Shown: in pieces, positions 37,732-46,798 of the stretch
How positions within the stretch are numbered: the stretch's first letter is position 1
How the letters are laid out: each line of letters opens with the position of its first letter
Assembly (NCBI GenBank): GCA_903994795.1
Contig: CAJEYI010000001.1
Span: forward strand, 1-62,962
Direction: 5' to 3'
Length of the DNA: 62,962 nt
Origin: an uncultured bacterium
GTDB lineage: Bacteria; Patescibacteriota; Minisyncoccia; Phycocordibacterales; Phycocordibacteraceae
Translations under genes and position numbers: made by a program
Notes under the pieces: model-generated
Told to the model about the DNA's origin: nothing
The model's input: only the letters and a program-made list of their open reading frames with translations
Database searches by the model: none

Positions 37732-38958
37732 ATGAAAATTCAACCGCTCAAAGTATTTGTTTCTATGCCATTTACAGGTAAGACTTGGGAGAACCTTACT
37801 CAAGAACGTAAAGACCTGCATGTGCTCGCAGAGAAATACGGCATGGAAATGGTAGAGCAATTTATTGGATATCAAGGAAAGGAAGATTTCGAAAGTAAAT
37901 CTTATAATCCTTCATTTATTTTAGCGAAAGATAAGAATTTTATAAAAGAAGCAGATGTAGTAATTGCTGACTTCTCGTCACCTTCAGTTGGAACAGATTG
38001 TGAGGTAACTATAGCGAAAGAGTTATTTGATAAGAAGATTTATGGTGTGGTGCCACAGGAAAAGCGTCGACACATGTGGCTCATTTTCTATTGTGATTAC
38101 TTCTTTGATACGGTTGAGGATGCTTTTAAGCAAATTCAGAAAGACTTTGAAGGTAAGCACCAATTAGCACGTCTAGATAAGCGTCAGTATGACCCAATTG
38201 CAATTGAGTACAGACTAGTTGAAGAAACTCCTTCACAGAAAAGTATCTATGATCCAGCAGTAATCGAGTTTGTTCAGAAAGAAGCCGTAGGGAAAGATGT
38301 CATCGTTCTCCATGACGGTAGCGGATATCGAGCACGTCTCGCAAAGAAAAACGGCGCAGCAAAGGTAATCGGTATTGATATATCATTTAAGCAAACGCAA
38401 ATTGCTAAAGGTGAAGAGTTACGCGAGCCCCTTGGTATTGAATATCTAGTGCTTGACCCATACTCCCGAGACTTTGATACGGCAGTTCCACAAGAGCTAA
38501 TTTCATCTGCAGATGTGGTACTTGGAGCTTTTCTGCTCGATCACGCAATGGCATTGGATGAATTGGAATTAGTCGTTAAACACACAGCAATGCTCCTAAA
38601 GTCAGGAGGAAAGTTCTTTGGACTCTCTGATCACCCAGATGCACACATACCCACGGAGCCTAAATATGGAGTAGTTGTGAATCTTGATGAAGAAATTGAG
38701 AATACAGGTGATGGTACTCCGCGCCGCATATCAATATTTCAAAGTGTACCTGGGGGACAGATGGAAGTGCTACATTTCCATAATTTCCTTTGGACCAAGG
38801 AAACAGTTACACGTATTCTAGCTGATGCAGGATTTAAGGATATTGAATTCCACGTACCTGAGGTATCAAAAGAAGGTATTGAAGCAAGTGAGCCAGAATT
38901 CTGGGACGCGTATAAAGAGCATCCTACAACTATAGCTTTTACAGCAGTAAAGAATTAA
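37732..38958 (+). CDS. fusion of a nucleoside 2-deoxyribosyltransferase-like domain and a class I SAM methyltransferase
   Basis: N-terminus KVFVSMPF..D..IKEADVVIAD..SVGTDCE; C-terminus GSG..GAAKVIGIDIS..LLKSGGKF..LADAGF. Confidence 0.7.
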   Translation: MKIQPLKVFVSMPFTGKTWENLTQERKDLHVLAEKYGMEMVEQFIGYQGKEDFESKSYNPSFILAKDKNFIKEADVVIADFSSPSVGTDCEVTIAKELFDKKIYGVVPQEKRRHMWLIFYCDYFFDTVEDAFKQIQKDFEGKHQLARLDKRQYDPIAIEYRLVEETPSQKSIYDPAVIEFVQKEAVGKDVIVLHDGSGYRARLAKKNGAAKVIGIDISFKQTQIAKGEELREPLGIEYLVLDPYSRDFDTAVPQELISSADVVLGAFLLDHAMALDELELVVKHTAMLLKSGGKFFGLSDHPDAHIPTEPKYGVVVNLDEEIENTGDGTPRRISIFQSVPGGQMEVLHFHNFLWTKETVTRILADAGFKDIEFHVPEVSKEGIEASEPEFWDAYKEHPTTIAFTAVKN

Positions 38959-39028
38959 TAACTAAAATGACAACGCCCCCGGTCTCATTTGAGACGCGGG
39001 GGCTTGAGGCCGAGTGACCGAGTGAAGC

Positions 39029-39280
39029 TCACTCGGTCGGGGGATTTGGCGCTGAAACGAGGCGCATGGCTTCGGGACATCCCGCAACGCCGATGACGCC
39101 GAAGATGATGGCTATCCAGCCGAAAAGGATCAGCTGGCCGGAGGTGTTGTCGAGTAGCACGGGCTGATGGTGAAAAATCTGCCACTGAATCAGGCCGTGG
39201 TCGAGAAGCTTCCCGACGTTCTCGGCAATTGCGCCGCCGGCGACTCCGATGAGGGAACCGGTAAGGGTCTTGGACATCAT
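39029..39280 (-). CDS. small hydrophobic protein in a GC-rich mini-cassette
   Basis: TTGACA at 39362-39357, leader hairpin GCTAG/CTAGC, GGGAG SD, TM LILFGWIAIIFGVIGVAG, terminator 38975-39003. Confidence 0.55.
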   Translation of the reverse strand: MMSKTLTGSLIGVAGGAIAENVGKLLDHGLIQWQIFHHQPVLLDNTSGQLILFGWIAIIFGVIGVAGCPEAMRLVSAPNPPTE

Positions 39281-39489
39281 AGCTTGTCTCCCGGCTAGTA
39301 TCGCCTAATTGCGAACACCTAGCTCTAAGTATTATATATATCATAAATATTAATATTGTCAAATCTTTTGCAGGTAACACGTGCCACCTTAAAAAGAATC
39401 ACTTATTTAAGATATGCAGAAGTAAAAATACAAATGCTTAATAAATTCTGTAATTTGACTTTAATATAGCTTTCAAACACTTAGTAAAT

Positions 39490-39626
39490 TGGTGAATTCG
39501 CGAGGAGCTACGCAGTGCTATTTTTAGGGCTCTCGGAGCGCCACGGCGCGAGAGCGAGCTGATTTTCTAGCAAGAAAATACAGCGTACCCAAAAATGGCG
39601 TAGGTGCGGGCGAGCTACTTTCACCA
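39490..39626. repeat. ERIC/MITE-like branched hairpin
   Basis: TGGTGAA/TTCACCA ends; inner stems GCTCTCG/CGAGAGC and ATTTTCT/AGAAAAT. Confidence 0.45.
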
Positions 39627-39699
39627 CGCCACTCTCGAAGTTTGACAGCGTAAACGCTTACTGATACATTACTTGAAGCTCCTCGGAGCGCTTTTTCGT

Positions 39700-39969
39700 A
39701 TGGCTAAAACCTCACAACTCGCTCGCAACCGCAAGAAAATCAAACTTGCAGAAAAGTACGCTGAAAAGCGGGCTGCTCTTAAGGCTGCTGGTGACTATGA
39801 GGGCATGCAGAAACTGCCTCGAAACTCATCCCCTGTGCGTATTAAGAACCGTTGCGCCATCTCAGGTCGAAGCCGCGGATACCTCCGAGCCTTTGGACTC
39901 TCACGTATCGTATTTCGTGAACTAGCTCGAGAAGGAAAGATTCCTGGTGTTAAGAAGGCTTCTTGGTAA
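39700..39969 (+). CDS. rpsN: 30S ribosomal protein uS14 (89-aa, zinc-independent type)
   Basis: [27 protein letters not shown], only one Cys; promoter TTGACA-N17-TACATT at 39642-39670. Confidence 0.96.
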   Translation: MAKTSQLARNRKKIKLAEKYAEKRAALKAAGDYEGMQKLPRNSSPVRIKNRCAISGRSRGYLRAFGLSRIVFRELAREGKIPGVKKASW

Positions 39970-39990
39970 ATCTGAACAACTAACTACTTT

Positions 39991-40383
39991 ATGATCACTG
40001 ACCGCGTAGGAGACTTCATTATTCGACTAAAGAACGCTGGTGCCATTGGCAACCAGATCGTCTCTGTTCCTTATTCAAAGCACCTAGAAGCTATTGCAAA
40101 CAAGCTTAAGGATCTAGGATTCGTTGAACGAGTAGAGGTCTCAAAGAAGGGTCATGGATCACTTGAGGTTACCCTTGCCTATGACGCACAAGGAAAGCAC
40201 AAGATTCACGATGTAAAGCGCATCAGCAAGCCAGGTCGTCGTATGTACGTACCAGCTCGTGAGGCTCACACTGTGAAGAATGGTCTTGGAGCTCGCGTCC
40301 TTTCTACTCCAAAGGGAATCCTTTCTGATAAGGAAGCTCGAAAGGTACGTGCTGGAGGTGAGACACTTTTTGAAGTCTGGTAA
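39991..40383 (+). CDS. rpsH: 30S ribosomal protein uS8
   Basis: RISKPGRRMY, LSTPKG, GGE. Confidence 0.96.
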   Translation: MITDRVGDFIIRLKNAGAIGNQIVSVPYSKHLEAIANKLKDLGFVERVEVSKKGHGSLEVTLAYDAQGKHKIHDVKRISKPGRRMYVPAREAHTVKNGLGARVLSTPKGILSDKEARKVRAGGETLFEVW

Positions 40384-40398
40384 TTCATTTCTATACTT

Positions 40399-40935
40399 AT
40401 GCCATCACGACTAGCTAAAAAACCAATACAAGTACCTACTAAGGTTAGCGTAACTGCTGGCGACGGTATTCTTTCTGTAACAGGACCAAAGGAAACTCTC
40501 ACAAAGACATACCACCCTTCAATTTCAATAGAAGTAACTCCAGAGGGAGTTGTGATCACTCCAAAGAACACTAGCCGACTTGCACACGCTCTCACAGGAA
40601 CATTTGCAGCTCACCTAAACGCGATGATGGCTGGAGTTGAGACACCTTTCAAGAAAGTGCTTATCCTAAAGGGTGTTGGATACAAAGTAGAACTTAAGGG
40701 AACAGACCTCGTCTTCAACGTAGGATTCTCACACCAGGTAACTCTTGCAGTACCACAAGGACTCACTGCAGCAGTTGAAAAGGGAACTATCCGCATCGAA
40801 GGAGCTGACAAGCAGCGTGTAGGACAGTTCGCAGCAGAAGTTCGTGCAGTGAAGCCACCTGAACCATATCTCGGAAAGGGAATTGCGTACGAGGGTGAAG
40901 TTATCCGACGCAAGCAGGGTAAGAAGTCCGTCTAG
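40399..40935 (+). CDS. rplF: 50S ribosomal protein uL6
   Basis: GVGYK, GFSH, PEPYLGKG. Confidence 0.96.
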   Translation: MPSRLAKKPIQVPTKVSVTAGDGILSVTGPKETLTKTYHPSISIEVTPEGVVITPKNTSRLAHALTGTFAAHLNAMMAGVETPFKKVLILKGVGYKVELKGTDLVFNVGFSHQVTLAVPQGLTAAVEKGTIRIEGADKQRVGQFAAEVRAVKPPEPYLGKGIAYEGEVIRRKQGKKSV

Positions 40936-40956
40936 TTCTGAAATCATAAAATTTTT

Positions 40957-41319
40957 ATGCCACAACTTCCAACAACAAAACTCAGCACAAAGAAAGAACT
41001 ACGTGATCGTCGTCACGCTCGTGTTCGCGCACGTATCTCTGGAACTGCAGAGCGCCCTCGCCTTGCTTTCTCTAAGTCAAACAAATTTGTGCAGGCACAG
41101 ATTATCGATGACGTAGCTGGACGCACACTCGTAGCGGCTCATGGTCGTGCAGTAAAAGGTTCACTTTCAAAGCAGGCTGAAACAGTTGGTGCAGAGATTG
41201 CAGCAAAGGCAGTAAAGGCTGGAGTAACAGCAGTTGTCTTCGATCGCGGAGGCTTTAACTACGAAGGACAGGTAAAAATGCTTGCAGATGCTGCCCGCGC
41301 AAACGGACTACAATTTTAA
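40957..41319 (+). CDS. rplR: 50S ribosomal protein uL18
   Basis: GTAERPRL, AQIIDD, VFDRGG. Confidence 0.96.
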   Translation: MPQLPTTKLSTKKELRDRRHARVRARISGTAERPRLAFSKSNKFVQAQIIDDVAGRTLVAAHGRAVKGSLSKQAETVGAEIAAKAVKAGVTAVVFDRGGFNYEGQVKMLADAARANGLQF

Positions 41320-41320
41320 T

Positions 41321-41974
41321 ATGACTGACACCGAAACAATTATGGATACAGAAACAGCAGCACCAGAAGTGGTAGTTGAAGCAGTAACTGCACCAGAGGC
41401 AGCAGCAGAAGCTCCTGCAACAGCAGTACGTCAGCGTCGCAATGGTCCTGGAGGCCGCACAGGTGGACGCCCACGTGAACGAGCTCCTCGTGAACGAAGC
41501 GAATTTGAGCAGGCAACTCTCGACGTACGTCGTGTAGCCCGAGTTATGGGTGGAGGTCGCCGTTTCTCTTTTAGTGTTACCGTAGTTATCGGTGACCGAA
41601 AAGGTCGCGTAGGTGTTGGTCTTGGAAAGGCTGCAGATACTGCACTTGCTATTGATAAGGCTGTACGTGCTGCAAAGAAGAACCTCATCACAGTTCCTCT
41701 AACAGCTGACAAGTCTATTGCACACAACGTAACAGCTCGATACGGCTCATCTGACATTGAGATTCGTCCTTCTCCAGGTCGCGGTCTTGTTGCTGGTTCT
41801 GCAATGCGTATCGTTCTTGAGTACGCTGGCGTAACAAACGTTGTTACTAAGATTCTTAGCCGCACAAAGAACAAGCTCACTATTGCTCGCGCAACAGTTA
41901 TCGCCCTCGAATCACTTCAGAAGCGACCGGCGAAAGTAGTTCGCGAAGTAGAGGCAACAGAAGTTGCAGCGTAA
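41321..41974 (+). CDS. rpsE: 30S ribosomal protein uS5
   Basis: RRVARVMGGGRRFSF, GRVGVGLGKA. Confidence 0.96.
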   Translation: MTDTETIMDTETAAPEVVVEAVTAPEAAAEAPATAVRQRRNGPGGRTGGRPRERAPRERSEFEQATLDVRRVARVMGGGRRFSFSVTVVIGDRKGRVGVGLGKAADTALAIDKAVRAAKKNLITVPLTADKSIAHNVTARYGSSDIEIRPSPGRGLVAGSAMRIVLEYAGVTNVVTKILSRTKNKLTIARATVIALESLQKRPAKVVREVEATEVAA

Positions 41975-41984
41975 TCAATATTTT

Positions 41985-42431
41985 ATGCAAACAAACACAC
42001 TTAAACCAGCACACGCAAACATCACTAGTCCTCGAGTAGGACGTGGAGGAAAGCGCGGAAAGACTTCCGGTCGCGGAACAAAGGGACAGAACGCTCGTGC
42101 AGGTCACAAGAAGCGCCCAGAAATGCGTGACCTTATCAAGAAGATTCCAAAGCTCCGAGGTCATGGAAAGAACCGTTCTCGAACAGTTCGAAACAACCCA
42201 AGCTACACCCCAGTTAACATCGCAGCTCTCGAGCTCGCATTTAACGCAGGAGACGCAGTTACTCTCGCAACACTTACTCAGAAGGGAATCACGAGCACTC
42301 GTGGAGGTCGCGTAGGAAAGGTTAAGATCCTCGGATCTGGAACACTCACAAAGAAGCTCGACCTATCTGGTCTTGAAATCTCAGCTACCGCAAAGGCAGC
42401 AGTTGAAGCGGTAGGAGGGACGGTTCTGTAG
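41985..42431 (+). CDS. rplO: 50S ribosomal protein uL15
   Basis: RVGRGGKRGKTSGRGTKGQNAR, VKILG. Confidence 0.96.
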   Translation: MQTNTLKPAHANITSPRVGRGGKRGKTSGRGTKGQNARAGHKKRPEMRDLIKKIPKLRGHGKNRSRTVRNNPSYTPVNIAALELAFNAGDAVTLATLTQKGITSTRGGRVGKVKILGSGTLTKKLDLSGLEISATAKAAVEAVGGTVL

Positions 42432-42469
42432 GAACCAATTACCTGCCTTGATCAAACACTTTTTACACC

Positions 42470-43747
42470 ATGATTACAAAGGCACTACACAAACTAAGAC
42501 TCGTCTTCACTGACTCGGCTATCCGCGCACGAATGCTTTTCCTTTTGGGAGCACTCGTCGTCTTCCGTTTCCTTGCTGCTATTCCAATTCCAGGAGTTGA
42601 TAAGAATGCACTTGCTTCATTCTTCCAGAACAATCAGTTCTTCGGACTCCTCAACGTCTTCTCTGGAGGTGGTTTTTCACGACTTTCAATTGTGATGCTT
42701 GGTGTTGGCCCATACATTACATCTTCTATCATCATGCAGCTTGCAACATTTGTATTCCCTCAGCTAAAGGAAATGCAGAACGAAGAGGGTGAAGCTGGAC
42801 GCACAAAGTTCATCATGTGGAGCCGAATGATTACTATTCCAATTGCAATTCTGCAGGGCGTAGCATTCCTTTCACTCCTTGAGTCACAAGGAATTATCGC
42901 AGGACCACTATCGTCACTCGCATTTGCTGCAAACGTCTTCCTCGTTGCGGGTGGATCAGTACTCCTTATGTGGATTGGTGAGCTTATTACTGAGTTTGGT
43001 ATCGGAAACGGTGTTTCACTCATCATCTTCGCAGGTATCGTTGCTCGACTTCCAGAAGGCATTTCTCAGACACTCTTCACGGCAACAACTGCTCAGATCC
43101 CTGCATACCTAGGATTCCTCGTTGTGGCAATCGCTGTCATCTACGCAGTGGTTGTGGTATCTGACGCTGAGCGATCAATTCCAATTGCATACGCACGCGC
43201 AAACCGAGCAGCAGCGCTTCAGAATGGTGGTGAGACATACCTCCCAATTCGTATTCTTCAGACTGGAGTTATTCCAATCATCTTCGCGCTTTCTCTACTC
43301 CTTCTCCCTCAGATGGCATTTACAGGCCTTACTGCAATCGGTATAAAGGGCCTCGCAGGAGCTTCAACATGGTACGCAGCATTCTCTGCAAACCTTCTTG
43401 AGTACGGTATCGTCTACTTCCTTCTTGTTATTCTATTCACCTATTTCTACACAACAGTTATCTTCGAACCTACACGTATGGCTGATAATCTCCAGAAATC
43501 AGGAGCATTCATTCCAGGTGTTCGTCCAGGAAAAGAGACTGAGAAGTACATCAGTGCAGTTGTGAACCGAATCACGCTTCCAGGAGCAGTCTTCCTCGGT
43601 TTCGTGGCGGTCATCCCATTCATTATTCAGGGTGTTACTGGTATCAGCGCTATTCTTGTGGGAGGTACAGCACTGTTGATTGCGGTGCAGGTGGTTCTCG
43701 ACCTTGTGCGAAAGGTGGATGCGCAGGCATCTTTGCGCGAATATTAG
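42470..43747 (+). CDS. secY: preprotein translocase SecY
   Basis: LGVGPYITSSII, GIGNGVSLIIFAGI, FIPGVRPG. Confidence 0.97.
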   Translation: MITKALHKLRLVFTDSAIRARMLFLLGALVVFRFLAAIPIPGVDKNALASFFQNNQFFGLLNVFSGGGFSRLSIVMLGVGPYITSSIIMQLATFVFPQLKEMQNEEGEAGRTKFIMWSRMITIPIAILQGVAFLSLLESQGIIAGPLSSLAFAANVFLVAGGSVLLMWIGELITEFGIGNGVSLIIFAGIVARLPEGISQTLFTATTAQIPAYLGFLVVAIAVIYAVVVVSDAERSIPIAYARANRAAALQNGGETYLPIRILQTGVIPIIFALSLLLLPQMAFTGLTAIGIKGLAGASTWYAAFSANLLEYGIVYFLLVILFTYFYTTVIFEPTRMADNLQKSGAFIPGVRPGKETEKYISAVVNRITLPGAVFLGFVAVIPFIIQGVTGISAILVGGTALLIAVQVVLDLVRKVDAQASLREY

Positions 43748-43773
43748 AATGCTTTAAAGATATAGAAGGGTAA

Positions 43774-43828
43774 GTAAAAAGCCTGAACGATTTCTCTAAA
43801 TTCTGACGAAATCATTCAGGCTTTTTAC
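43774..43828 (+). terminator. 21-bp hairpin (one mismatch) with conserved loop TCTAAATTCTGAC (copy 2)
   Basis: GTAAAAAGCCTGAACGATTTC-tctaaattctgac-GAAATCATTCAGGCTTTTTAC. Confidence 0.85.
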
Positions 43829-43850
43829 GTTGCCTCACAGTTTACTTTTA

Positions 43851-44411
43851 TTACGCTTCAAGCCAGTTTTTGTATGAGTTTGTAATCATTTGAGCGACCT
43901 CTACGAGGGGGTATTTTGAGGTATCGATAACTAAGTCGAAAGGTGTTAAATCAAGCGCGTCTACATTATAGAGATTCATGTAACGTTTCTGCTCGCTGGT
44001 TCGGCGGTCAATTATATTGTTGTAAACTGCGTCTACAGAATCTCCACTCTCACTTACACGACCAGATTCTTGAATTTGTTTGTAAATTCGTTCAGCTGCG
44101 ATATGTGGGTCTAGGGAAAGATAGACTTTAAAGGAGTTCGGCATCCAGTGATATGCCATCCGAGAGTCGATAAGTAAATCAGATTCGTTCGCCATGTCTT
44201 GCAATTTCTTGTCTACCGCATGATCTATTTCGTGCTCAAGCTCTGCTTGCTGATTAATTTCTGTAATTGATACGCCTCGTTCTGCCGCAATTGATCTAAA
44301 GAGGTCTCCTGATGAGAAATGTCGGTATTCAAGGGTGCTTGCTACTAATTTCCCTGTGGAAGACTTTCCGCTTCCGAGTGATCCGGCAATTGTAATGATT
44401 TTTGTTCTCAT
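43851..44411 (-). CDS. cmk: cytidylate kinase, archaeal-type family
   Basis: ITIAGSLGSGKSS, SSGDLFR, DSRMA, KVYL, RY..LY, DLVIDT. Confidence 0.8.
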   Translation of the reverse strand: MRTKIITIAGSLGSGKSSTGKLVASTLEYRHFSSGDLFRSIAAERGVSITEINQQAELEHEIDHAVDKKLQDMANESDLLIDSRMAYHWMPNSFKVYLSLDPHIAAERIYKQIQESGRVSESGDSVDAVYNNIIDRRTSEQKRYMNLYNVDALDLTPFDLVIDTSKYPLVEVAQMITNSYKNWLEA

Positions 44412-44451
44412 GGTGCGATATTATGAATTTATTGCTATCATAACGGTATTC

Positions 44452-45027
44452 ATGGAACACGTAAATACAATACTTTTAATGGGGCGACCAGGTTCGGGAA
44501 AAGGTACTCAAACAAAGCTTTTATCAGAAGAGTTAAAGTGGATGCGAGCATCAACGGGAGACCGCATGAAGGAGATCCGAGACGGCAACGAGCCATTCTC
44601 TCCTCGCGTGCGAGAAATGTACGACAAGGGTATTTATTTGCCTAACTGGTTCGCTGACTATCTGCTCGAAGGGGCGCTTCTCGGTATAGACTCGCATGTA
44701 GGCATAGTGCTTGAAGGTTTCGGACGTACTGTGGAGCAGGCAGAGCACCTGGTTGAAATCGTCTCGTGGCTTGGACGAAAGCTCGTGATCTTTAATCTTG
44801 AGGTCTCAGAGGAGGAGGTGTTGAGGCGAATGCTTAAGCGCGCCGAGACTGTGGACCGACCAGACAGTAGTGATGAAGAAAAGGTCCGTGGCCGACTTCG
44901 TCAGTATGATGAGAATACCGCTCCTGCTGTCAGATACTTCAGAGAGTTTGGCTTGGTGGTGGATATAGATGGTGAGAAATCTCCTGCGGAAATTGCTCAG
45001 GAAATCGAGAAAGCGCTCGAAGGATAA
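44452..45027 (+). CDS. adk: adenylate kinase (short LID)
   Basis: GRPGSGKGTQ, STGD, EGFGRTVEQA, RPDS. Confidence 0.88.
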   Translation: MEHVNTILLMGRPGSGKGTQTKLLSEELKWMRASTGDRMKEIRDGNEPFSPRVREMYDKGIYLPNWFADYLLEGALLGIDSHVGIVLEGFGRTVEQAEHLVEIVSWLGRKLVIFNLEVSEEEVLRRMLKRAETVDRPDSSDEEKVRGRLRQYDENTAPAVRYFREFGLVVDIDGEKSPAEIAQEIEKALEG

Positions 45028-45029
45028 TT

Positions 45030-45800
45030 ATGATTGCGCAGCAGAGTGATATAGAAGGACTCAAAGAAGCAGGAAGACGCTTTGGGTCGATTCTCGATGC
45101 GGTCGCGGCTGCGGTACGACCTGGAGTGACGACTGGCGAACTCGATGCGCTTTCAGAGAAACTCATTCGTGATGGTGGAGACATTCCGTCTTTCAAAGGA
45201 TATCGACCAGAAGGTGCTCCGAGAGCATATCCTGCGACGTGCTGCATATCCGTGAACGACGAAGTCGTTCACGGTATTCCTGGTTCTCGAGTATTAAAAG
45301 AGGGCGATCTAGTAACGCTCGATCTCGGATTAACGCATGACGGGTACGTTATGGACTCAGCAGTGACTGTTCCTGTTGGAAAAGTCTCAAAGGAAGCCGA
45401 GGCACTTATGCGAGCGACGCAAGCGTCGCTCGAGTCTGCTATCCTTGCGGCGCGCCCTGGCGCGCGTATCGGCGACATTTCTCACGCCACAGAGCTCGCC
45501 TTCAAAGGCACAGGCTTCTCAGTCGTTAAGCTCCTAGGAGGTCATGGAGTGGGCGGAGCAGTCCATGAGGAGCCATTTATTGCGAACGCAGGCCATCCTG
45601 GAACAGGTCCAGAGATTGTTCCTGGTATGGTTCTCGCGCTTGAGCCTATCGCAAATGCCGGAAAGGCAAGTGTATTCATTGCTCCTGACGGCTTCACGTA
45701 TCGCACAAAAGATGGATCCATTTCAGCTCACTTCGAGCACACCATACTCGTACTAGACAATGAGACGATTGTTCTTACACGCCGCCCATCAGAAGGTTAG
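45030..45800 (+). CDS. map: type I methionine aminopeptidase
   Basis: SVNDEVVHGIP, GHGVG, HEEP, SAHFEHT. Confidence 0.96.
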   Translation: MIAQQSDIEGLKEAGRRFGSILDAVAAAVRPGVTTGELDALSEKLIRDGGDIPSFKGYRPEGAPRAYPATCCISVNDEVVHGIPGSRVLKEGDLVTLDLGLTHDGYVMDSAVTVPVGKVSKEAEALMRATQASLESAILAARPGARIGDISHATELAFKGTGFSVVKLLGGHGVGGAVHEEPFIANAGHPGTGPEIVPGMVLALEPIANAGKASVFIAPDGFTYRTKDGSISAHFEHTILVLDNETIVLTRRPSEG

Positions 45801-45894
45801 TGCTCGCAGCCTGTTTGCCTGGTATCTTCAGTTTTTTCCTTTATACTGCCTATATAAACGCCACCGGCGATTTTTTATTCATTTATAAAACCTT

Positions 45895-46503
45895 ATGCCC
45901 ATTCCTCATCCAAAGACAGAACGAACATTCGTTATTATTAAGCCAGATGGCGTTCAGCGCTCACTCATTGGAGAAATTATTAAGCGTTTTGAGCGTTCAG
46001 GCCTAAAGCTCATTGGTCTCAAACTCACAACTCTCGATTCAGACCGCATCTGGAAGCACTACAACAAAGACGATGCGTGGTTTATTAAGAAAGGTACAAA
46101 GATTGCTGAAGACCGTGCTGCTGCAGGACTTTCAGCTGAGAAGGAGCCAATTGAATACGGAAAGGACATCATCCGCGCTCTTGATAAGTTTATGACTGCT
46201 GGTCCTGTCGTCATGATGGCATGGGAAGGAAACTCTGCTGTTGGCGTAATCACAAAGCTTGTTGGTGGCACAGAGCCTTCAACATCAGACGTTGGAACAA
46301 TCCGCGGAGACTACACAATTGACTCATACAATATTGCAGCAATTGATGACCGTGCAGTTCGAAACCTCATCCACTGCTCAGATACTCCTGAGAACGCAGA
46401 GTCTGAAATCGCCCTCTGGTTTACTCCTGAAGAGCTTCTCTCATACCGCCTCATGGTTGATGAAATCCTCTATGATGTAAATCTAGACGGGATAATGGAG
46501 TAG
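45895..46503 (+). CDS. ndk: nucleoside diphosphate kinase
   Basis: IIKPDGVQR, GTIRGDY, RNLIHCSD. Confidence 0.93.
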   Translation: MPIPHPKTERTFVIIKPDGVQRSLIGEIIKRFERSGLKLIGLKLTTLDSDRIWKHYNKDDAWFIKKGTKIAEDRAAAGLSAEKEPIEYGKDIIRALDKFMTAGPVVMMAWEGNSAVGVITKLVGGTEPSTSDVGTIRGDYTIDSYNIAAIDDRAVRNLIHCSDTPENAESEIALWFTPEELLSYRLMVDEILYDVNLDGIME

Positions 46504-46517
46504 GATATAATTCAAGC

Positions 46518-46661
46518 AGAAGCCAGTCGTTAAAACGCAACTTGCTTCAATTTAGGGAGGTTTATATCCCGCGAACCCGCAAAGTTTCCTTAGAAACTTT
46601 CAAAGGCGCGCGATGCGACCACCCACGTGGCACCCAAAAGTTGCCACAGACGGCTGGCTTC
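46518..46661 (+). ncRNA. ssrS: probable 6S RNA
   Basis: own promoter (TATAAT 46506) and terminator (46662-46700); rod structure GAAGCCAGTCGT/ACGGCTGGCTTC, GCAACTT/AAGTTGC, central bubble, GGGAGGT/ACCACCC, apical AAAGTTTC/GAAACTTT. Confidence 0.55.
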
Positions 46662-46700
46662 CGACAAAACCCGCACTCGAAAGAGCTGTGGGTTTTGTCG
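46662..46700 (+). terminator. intrinsic terminator
   Basis: CGACAAAACCCGCA..TGTGGGTTTTGTCG. Confidence 0.75.
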
Positions 46701-46798
46701 TTGGCAGAATAACTTTGTGACATTGACATTTTTATATAATATGTTTAATATGTATGCAACCACAAACCCGTGGTAACCACTATTGCTTGGAGGATTGC

